Of a stretch of 61,804 bases of DNA, positions 55,918 to 61,804 are shown piece by piece. The notes under the pieces are model-generated. The model did no database searches. It saw only the letters and a program-made list of their open reading frames with translations, and was not told where the DNA came from. How positions within the stretch are numbered: the first letter of the stretch is position 1; each line of letters begins with the position of its first letter. The stretch covers positions 1 to 61,804 of the IMG/VR virus record IMGVR_UViG_3300047392_000043; one strand, 5' to 3'. The stretch is from a virus (Duplodnaviria > Caudoviricetes). Both the position numbers and the translations under genes were made by a program.

Positions 55918-57144
55918 TTATTTCATGGCAACTTGCATGTAATTAGCAAAGTTATCCTTGCGTTGTTCTAGACCACGTAAGCCTGGATTGACTTGTTTTG
56001 TAACACCAACTGTATCTTTAAAGTTATCTACGTTTGGTTGCACACGATGCTTCCAAAACCAAACTGATACTTGAGCCGCAATTTCTGGCTTTTCAAGTAG
56101 CTCTGGATGCTTTTCTAACGGGAGTCCAAGTTCTTCGCCGGCTTGTTTATAATTCCAACGGCCTGTGATTTGAATAAAGCCACGGCCTTTGTATTTTGCT
56201 CCATCACCGACATGCTTGTTGCCTAATGCTTTAGCTTTCTTAGGAGCATACTTTGGATCATACTTACGGAAGTCTAAGCTGCCTCCAAACTCTGTTAGTC
56301 GTTTAAAGTCTAATGTTTCATGAGCACATTGAGCCATAAATGCCGCAAGTTCAGAACCTTGCAAGCCCGATGCTTTTGCAACTTTTAATAACACACTTTC
56401 CAATGGATTACCTGTAATAGGCTGTACGTTGAGCTTTTTAGGTGCTTCGGGTTTTGGCTCTGCTTTTACAGAAGCTGGAGCACTTGGTGCAGACTTAGCT
56501 TGTGCAAATGTTTTTGGTGCTTCTGCTTTTTTAATTGCTGGCGCTTGTGCCACTGCGGCAGTTGGCTCTTTGAAGTAATCCTGTGCGGCTTGCTTGGCCA
56601 TCATGCCACCCATACCACCTGCGGCAATACCACCAGCAACAGCCAAGTTGGTAATTGTATCTTTCCAACCTTCTTCTAGGCCATCCTCAAATAGAGGTCC
56701 TGTAATAATGTTAGTTGCCTTTTCGGCTTGCAAGCCACGTACCAGGGCCGCACGGAATTCTGGAGTAATGTCTCGAGCACGATATCCACCACGAGGCAAA
56801 ATATGTACTTCAATTGGGGCATCGCCTTCTAGCTTTTTAATAGCTGTCATACGATTACGACCTTCGTGCCCTACTACTTGTGCAGTCTTGGAAAAGTCAC
56901 CATCATCCCATTCTTGCGGAATTTTAATTTCTAAGAAAGGAGCACCAATAGCACCACCATCAGCAATGTACTTTTCTAATTCGGGACTATGTTCTTGGCC
57001 AAGCGGCGCAGCCAAGCGTAGGAATGTGCTAGGACGCATCATAACTCGCAGACCAAAGTAGTCTATGTCTTGGTTATAAGGGACTGCTCCTGCACCGTCT
57101 TTGTTGTCAATTTTGACTTCAGCTAATAGTTCACGTAAACGCAT
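55918..57144 (-). CDS. ParB-like N-terminal domain, hydrophobic linker and GH19 lysin domain
   Basis: VVGHEGRNR (ParB/Srx); FMAQCAHET, YKGRGFIQITG, VSVWFW, TKQVNPG. Confidence 0.8.
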   Translation of the reverse strand: MRLRELLAEVKIDNKDGAGAVPYNQDIDYFGLRVMMRPSTFLRLAAPLGQEHSPELEKYIADGGAIGAPFLEIKIPQEWDDGDFSKTAQVVGHEGRNRMTAIKKLEGDAPIEVHILPRGGYRARDITPEFRAALVRGLQAEKATNIITGPLFEDGLEEGWKDTITNLAVAGGIAAGGMGGMMAKQAAQDYFKEPTAAVAQAPAIKKAEAPKTFAQAKSAPSAPASVKAEPKPEAPKKLNVQPITGNPLESVLLKVAKASGLQGSELAAFMAQCAHETLDFKRLTEFGGSLDFRKYDPKYAPKKAKALGNKHVGDGAKYKGRGFIQITGRWNYKQAGEELGLPLEKHPELLEKPEIAAQVSVWFWKHRVQPNVDNFKDTVGVTKQVNPGLRGLEQRKDNFANYMQVAMK

Positions 57145-57175
57145 CAGATATTTAGCTAATCGACGTTTATGGTAA

Positions 57176-58648
57176 CTACTTGCCTTTGATCATTTTCCAG
57201 ACACTATATGCAACAACTGACCCCATCAAGCACAATATTGCTAGACTAATTGGCCGTGTAACAAACGGAGTAAAGTCTCCACTGGTAATTGCAAGCTGTC
57301 GCCTAAAGTATTCTTCGAACATTGGACCTAACACTAGTCCTAACATCAATGGAGCAGGCTCTAAGTCTAATACGTTAAACACATAGCCAAGAAATCCAAA
57401 CAGACCTATTAGCATTACTTCATTGGCATTGTTGTTTACGCTATACGCACCTATGCAACATATTGCAATGATAACAGGGTACAAGATGTGATACGGTATG
57501 CGAACAATTTGTACCCAAAGTCGAACCAGTGGTACATTTAAAATTAGCAACATGATATTGCCAATAAGCATACTAACAACCAGTCCCCAAAATAGCGCAG
57601 GCTGTTTGTCTAACATACCAGGTCCGGGCTGAACACCATTCATAACAAGTGCGCCTAGCATCAGTGCCATGACAGCGTTCTCAGGTAGGCCGAAACTTAA
57701 CAAGGGAATAAAGCCAGTTTGACTCGCGGCATTGTTAGCGGCTTCTGGAGCCGCAACACCTTCAATGGCACCTTTACCAAACTCGTCTTTATGCTTGCTT
57801 ACTTTTTTATCAAGTGCATAAGCGGCATATGAACTAATAGCCGCACTGCCTCCTGGTATCAGTCCAAAGAAACTGCCAACCATGCCACCCCTTATACTAG
57901 CAGGAATGATTCGCTTAAATTGTTCCCACGTTGGAAACAGAGCAATACTTCCCGAGTACGCTTTCATTTCTGTATTGGATGCAATGTTCTTTGCAATCTC
58001 GCCAATAGCAAAGATACCAATTGCAATAGTAACAAAGCCAATGCCATCTTCTAGATCAATAATGCCAAATGTATATCTGGATTGTCCTGTTGATAAGTCT
58101 GTTCCAACAAATCCAATTAAGATCCCTACCAGTGCCATTCCAATGCCACGAACTAAATCACCTGTAGTGAGAATACCTACGGTAACAAATCCAAATGCCA
58201 TCAGCATACAATACTCAGCTGGTCCAAATAAAAATGCTAGCTTACTTAATGGAGGACTAAACACGGCAATTAACATGGTAGCTAAACAACCAGCAATGAA
58301 GCTGGCAAAGCCTGCTGTAAAGATTGCAACACCAGCTTGCCCACGTTTGGTCATTTCGTGGCCATCAACGCAAGTCATGACACTAGATGCTTCTCCGGGA
58401 GTGTTAAGCAAAATGCTTGTGGTACTGCCGCCGTACTGACTACCATAGTAAATGCCTGCCAGCATGATAATGCTTGGGATAGGACCCAATGCATAGGTCA
58501 TTGGCAACAACATGCTAATAGTTGCAGTGGGCCCAAGGCCAGGCAGTACGCCGATTAGTGTTCCTATCAACGCACCCAACAAACAGTATGCTAGGTTAGT
58601 AAATGACCCAGCAACTGACAGGCCCAACAGTAGATTGTCTATAATGAT
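57176..58648 (-). CDS. tctA: tripartite tricarboxylate transporter TctA (start codon uncertain)
   Basis: GTLIGVLPGLGP, YGSQYGGSTTSILLNTPGE, GVAAPEAANNA, FVTRPIS. Confidence 0.93.
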   Translation of the reverse strand: MIIDNLLLGLSVAGSFTNLAYCLLGALIGTLIGVLPGLGPTATISMLLPMTYALGPIPSIIMLAGIYYGSQYGGSTTSILLNTPGEASSVMTCVDGHEMTKRGQAGVAIFTAGFASFIAGCLATMLIAVFSPPLSKLAFLFGPAEYCMLMAFGFVTVGILTTGDLVRGIGMALVGILIGFVGTDLSTGQSRYTFGIIDLEDGIGFVTIAIGIFAIGEIAKNIASNTEMKAYSGSIALFPTWEQFKRIIPASIRGGMVGSFFGLIPGGSAAISSYAAYALDKKVSKHKDEFGKGAIEGVAAPEAANNAASQTGFIPLLSFGLPENAVMALMLGALVMNGVQPGPGMLDKQPALFWGLVVSMLIGNIMLLILNVPLVRLWVQIVRIPYHILYPVIIAICCIGAYSVNNNANEVMLIGLFGFLGYVFNVLDLEPAPLMLGLVLGPMFEEYFRRQLAITSGDFTPFVTRPISLAILCLMGSVVAYSVWKMIKGK

Positions 58649-59064
58649 ATTGTACTCCTTAATGCTAGTTTAAAAATTATCAATAGTCCAACTACAACTA
58701 GATACGAAACAACAAAACTTTTTACAGTAAAGTTCTTGTGCAGGATTGCAGTTGTTAGCATCAACAATAAAATTGCCAGTATTGCACCAATCTTCTCTAA
58801 TAAAAATCCAAAAGCTACAATTGCCAAAAGAACTATTGCAGGCTGTTTGATGTTGATCTGAACAGCTTCTCCGGGACTGCGAACACCACGAATCAATTGC
58901 AACACACCAATACCAATCAGCATGGCACTAATAGTCAATGGCAAAAATCCAGGACCCATATCAGCAGGTGTTCCATATTCAAGTGACCAACCAGACACAT
59001 AGAAGAATAAGCCTACTGCTATAAAGAGTAGGCCTGTAAAAAAGTTTTTCTGGCTTTTAATCAT
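58639..59064 (-). CDS. tctB: tripartite tricarboxylate transporter TctB
   Basis: YGTPADMGPGFLP plus 4 TM segments, between tctC and tctA. Confidence 0.85.
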   Translation of the reverse strand: MIKSQKNFFTGLLFIAVGLFFYVSGWSLEYGTPADMGPGFLPLTISAMLIGIGVLQLIRGVRSPGEAVQINIKQPAIVLLAIVAFGFLLEKIGAILAILLLMLTTAILHKNFTVKSFVVSYLVVVGLLIIFKLALRSTISL

Positions 59065-60002
59065 CGCCCTCGTTGAGCTTCGTTAATTGTTGCGTCAAAT
59101 TTAGTTAGTAGTACCTCCACTGTGGCAATACTGTCTGCATAAAACTTTTCGGCGCCGATCTTACTAAACAACGGAGGACTCATCCCACTAAGCTGATTAA
59201 TTTCTGCTTCGCCTACTCGAGTTGTTGCATCATTTAAGATTTTAGAAATGCGTTCTCGTTTGGCAACAGGCATAGCTTTGTTGGCAATGGTAATGTTAAA
59301 AATATACGGAGCATCAATGCCTTGCTCTTTTAATGTCTTTACTGTTGGAACACCTGCTAAACGCTTGGGGCAACTTGCGGCCAAGATTTGTAAGTTGGGG
59401 TTGGCAGTTTTAAAAGTCTCGTAGCTTTCAATGCGGTCAATAACAAAATTTACACCATTGTTGCCAGCCATGTTAACAAGTGCATCGTTGTTTGATTTGA
59501 ACACGATGTACTTGACACGGAATCCAAACTTCTCGCCAGCAAGCAAACCTGTCAAGTGTGCGGCATTCCCAATACCAACACCACCAACGATGATTTCTTT
59601 CTCTCCACGTAAACTAGCAATACCTCCAGCTTCATTTCCTTTGTTGGAAATTACTGCCCAGCAAGCATCGCCTAGTGCATGAACGGGAACGTAGTCTGTA
59701 CGATTCAACTTGCCATTGGATGTATTCTCAACATAAGCTGGAGCAATGATAGCCAGTCGGTTAGTTGGACTAGTATCCATTTGCTTGACTGCAATAACTT
59801 GATTGCCACCGGGCTTGTAATCCATTACAAATTCAAACTCATTTTGCAATGCATTAGCTTCTTTTAAGATGCGAAGCGTTGCTGGAGTAGCACTATGACT
59901 AGGGCTGTATGGATTTACGATAGTAATCGTCTCGGTAGCATGAGATGAAAAGCCAATGGCTAAGAATGCTGTGGCTAAAAGGGTTTTGATTTTGTTTGAC
60001 AT
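59061..60002 (-). CDS. tctC: TctC/Bug periplasmic substrate-binding protein (divergent)
   Basis: Signal peptide; ITIVNPYSP, DYKPGGN, GVGIGNAAHL, VKTLKEQGID. Confidence 0.8.
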   Translation of the reverse strand: MSNKIKTLLATAFLAIGFSSHATETITIVNPYSPSHSATPATLRILKEANALQNEFEFVMDYKPGGNQVIAVKQMDTSPTNRLAIIAPAYVENTSNGKLNRTDYVPVHALGDACWAVISNKGNEAGGIASLRGEKEIIVGGVGIGNAAHLTGLLAGEKFGFRVKYIVFKSNNDALVNMAGNNGVNFVIDRIESYETFKTANPNLQILAASCPKRLAGVPTVKTLKEQGIDAPYIFNITIANKAMPVAKRERISKILNDATTRVGEAEINQLSGMSPPLFSKIGAEKFYADSIATVEVLLTKFDATINEAQRGR

Positions 60003-60062
60003 GCAATTATGTATGGTAGTATCACTAACATACTATACCACTTCCGTGCTACCTTAGCAACT

Positions 60063-60263
60063 TTATTTGCCGTTAATGGATTTCATCTTCTCACGTTTTT
60101 CGTGTGTATCTCTGCAATCAACGCAACAGAATGTAAACTCCGTTGGTTCCTCGCATTCAATGCAAAAGCCTGTGCGAATTGGTACAAACTCTTTTGCTGT
60201 TGCTCGTCGCAATTCTTCTTGCGCTTCCATTGCTTCTTGTGCATCGTCGATAATATCTGCCAT
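60063..60263 (-). CDS. TraR/DksA-like C4 zinc-finger protein
   Basis: N-terminal DxxDxA (DIIDDA) plus CIEC...CCVDC. Confidence 0.75.
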   Translation of the reverse strand: MADIIDDAQEAMEAQEELRRATAKEFVPIRTGFCIECEEPTEFTFCCVDCRDTHEKREKMKSINGK

Positions 60264-60295
60264 GTTGTTTCCTTAAAACTATTTGTAATTATGCG

Positions 60296-60541
60296 TTAGG
60301 GTTTGATTTCAGTGATTTCGTACTCATTTTCGTCAAAATATGTCACTGAGTACTTGTTATCACCGTACTTGTACTTGTCTGTCCAAAATCGTTGATTGTT
60401 TGAGCTATCGTATGGAGTGATGAGCTTTAGTATAAGCATCATTTCTTCTTTCTCTTGCCCTTCTAATGTACGTTCATTTGGACGTATAATGCCTGCACGA
60501 ACCAAGAAGTCATATGCTTCCTCTTTGGTTTTAGAGTCCAT
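60296..60541 (-). CDS. hypothetical protein
   Basis: Tiles the region. Confidence 0.6.
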   Translation of the reverse strand: MDSKTKEEAYDFLVRAGIIRPNERTLEGQEKEEMMLILKLITPYDSSNNQRFWTDKYKYGDNKYSVTYFDENEYEITEIKP

Positions 60542-60797
60542 TAGTCAGTACCCACATAAACACATCAGGTCCGTCTAGGATGACCATATCGCTTGCATAC
60601 TTTAAACGCTTGGAGCGATACTTACCGCCAACCTTTTCAACTTCGACCATCTTGGGAGTAAAGCGAAGAACCTGAGCAATGTAAAGGCCATTGTCGGCAA
60701 CTGCAACATACTGGCCTTCTTTGAACTCTCGTCCCATTAAGTCATAGTGTAGCTCAGTTGGCTTTACACTTTTGATAGGCTTTTTAACTACAGTCAT
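60531..60797 (-). CDS. hypothetical protein (SH3-like beta barrel possible)
   Basis: DLMGREFKEGQYVAV...FTPKMV. Confidence 0.65.
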   Translation of the reverse strand: MTVVKKPIKSVKPTELHYDLMGREFKEGQYVAVADNGLYIAQVLRFTPKMVEVEKVGGKYRSKRLKYASDMVILDGPDVFMWVLTNGL

Positions 60798-61072
60798 TGC
60801 ATACTTCCAAAACTGCCAGGCTTGCTAGCATTGGGATTTTCACACTTTACACCTTTGCCAAACTCATCTAGAATTTGACGCGAGTTGCCACGTTGATCAA
60901 TGATAAACTTGTAGTTTTCAATGCAACGGCTTTCGGTCATACCCATAGCACCATATGTAATGTTGCTAGTGTTTGCCCCTCCGACAAGCACAGGGATGGC
61001 AACCATGATTACGATTGCCGCAATAACGCATAGGATCATGATCTCAATCAGTGTCATTCCACGTTGTTTCAT
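60794..61072 (-). CDS. small protein with a prepilin-type N-terminal cleavage/methylation motif
   Basis: MKQRG-MTLIEIMI followed by a hydrophobic helix and a C-terminal Cys pair. Confidence 0.75.
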   Translation of the reverse strand: MKQRGMTLIEIMILCVIAAIVIMVAIPVLVGGANTSNITYGAMGMTESRCIENYKFIIDQRGNSRQILDEFGKGVKCENPNASKPGSFGSMQ

Positions 61073-61269
61073 TTTATTCTCCAGAAAGGTGTGCCACGTA
61101 CAAGTTGAGGAATAGGAATTAACACAGGGATTAGCAATACCAGAATCCAAATCATTTGTAAGTACTCGGGCTCAATGAACCTATCTACAAAGATGTCGTA
61201 CATGCCAACAACAAAGTAGATAAGCCCAGTGACAAACATGTATTCGCCAGGGCTTATCGGTAACTTCAT
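61069..61269 (-). CDS. small membrane protein
   Basis: Two hydrophobic segments; ATGA coupling. Confidence 0.6.
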   Translation of the reverse strand: MKLPISPGEYMFVTGLIYFVVGMYDIFVDRFIEPEYLQMIWILVLLIPVLIPIPQLVRGTPFWRIK

Positions 61270-61270
61270 A

Positions 61271-61804
61271 TTACTTGGGCATCATCAATGCGTTGAAGTT
61301 AGCAGGTACAACAATGGTCTGCACCTTGCCGTTCTTGATACCTTCGGAGATGTTCATCATGGCCTGTGCTTGCATATAAGCAATTGATTGAGCACCTTGG
61401 TTACTTAGAGCCTGCATACGCTCTGCTTCCATCTTGGCAGTCTTAACTTCAACTTCCTTTTGCTTGAGTTCGTTTTTGGCACGAACCAAATCGTTAGCAC
61501 TAGCAACAACTGAGTCAGCTGGCACAACATTACGGATCAGCACTTGTCCAACAACCAAACTACCATCTAGCTTTTCATCAGCAAGACTCTTTTGGATTTG
61601 CTCTTTGATAGCGGCTTCCATTGCTTGACGATTGTCTGCCATGTCTAGAGCTTCGTACTTACGTGCTTCTTTGTAGATAGCATTACGTGCGGCTTGGGTG
61701 ATGTAGTTGTACATCAAGTAAATGTCGCCATTGTGACGAGCATGGAACGCTTGGCTCTTGGTAGAGTAAAGCTCTGCTACTTGCGATTGATTGATGTTAT
61801 AGAT
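61271..61804 (-). CDS. SPFH/band-7 domain protein (5' end beyond the right edge)
   Basis: ARNAIYKEARKYEA...VLIRNV....V..SAN followed by an EAE coiled coil; frame stays open to the window end. Confidence 0.75.
   Translation of the reverse strand: MYNINQSQVAELYSTKSQAFHARHNGDIYLMYNYITQAARNAIYKEARKYEALDMADNRQAMEAAIKEQIQKSLADEKLDGSLVVGQVLIRNVVPADSVVASANDLVRAKNELKQKEVEVKTAKMEAERMQALSNQGAQSIAYMQAQAMMNISEGIKNGKVQTIVVPANFNALMMPK

Noticed and set aside
58-61628. Numerous plus-strand ORFs in the track (e.g. 58..447, 10110..10544, 17858..18391, 47907..48524, 57882..58439)
   Set aside because: They are antisense shadows of well-supported minus-strand genes and carry no recognisable motifs.
1-61804. Stop-codon reassignment as in some jumbo phages
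   Set aside because: Known genes are full length in code 11, and TAA, TGA and TAG all terminate genes at the expected positions.

Overview
This window is a gene-dense, almost entirely minus-strand segment of a large T4-like/jumbo tailed dsDNA phage using the standard genetic code. FdxA, a Bug/TctC receptor and a PGDYG protein suggest a proteobacterial, probably betaproteobacterial, host (inference). Left to right it holds five blocks. (1) 1-21 kb is a replication and DNA-modification block: T4 RNase H-like nuclease, two MOSC proteins, QueE, MazG-like, FolE, a QueD/DpdL-like T-fold protein, a TGT/DpdA-like protein, a PRTase, GalE, UDP-Glc dehydrogenase, a glycosyltransferase, a sliding clamp and PolB. 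(2) 21.7-26.1 kb is an array of about 13 small diverged paralogs that share a C-terminal F-x-x-E-x-D-A-x-x-F-x-L-x-W motif. (3) 26.7-35.3 kb is a nucleotide-sugar, radical SAM and GT-like cluster. (4) 35.3-57.1 kb holds late genes: GH19 lysins, proteins with an M-[KRL]-x-x-[ED]-[LI] N-terminus and repeated hydrophobic-x-E sites, a CHASE2 cyclase, a roughly 630-nt non-coding gap with a candidate large structured RNA, an amidoligase and a curli (csgF/csgG/curlin/FecR) operon. (5) 57.2-61.8 kb holds a complete TctCBA transporter, TraR-like, pilin-like and SPFH genes. The best candidates for undescribed biology are a possibly glycosylated or nucleotide-level 7-deazaguanine DNA modification system, the structured RNA at 44.5-44.9 kb, the paralog array and the putative protease-processed capsid cargo. 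All calls come from manual motif recognition; no database searches were run. I found no tRNA, rRNA, CRISPR array or mobile element.
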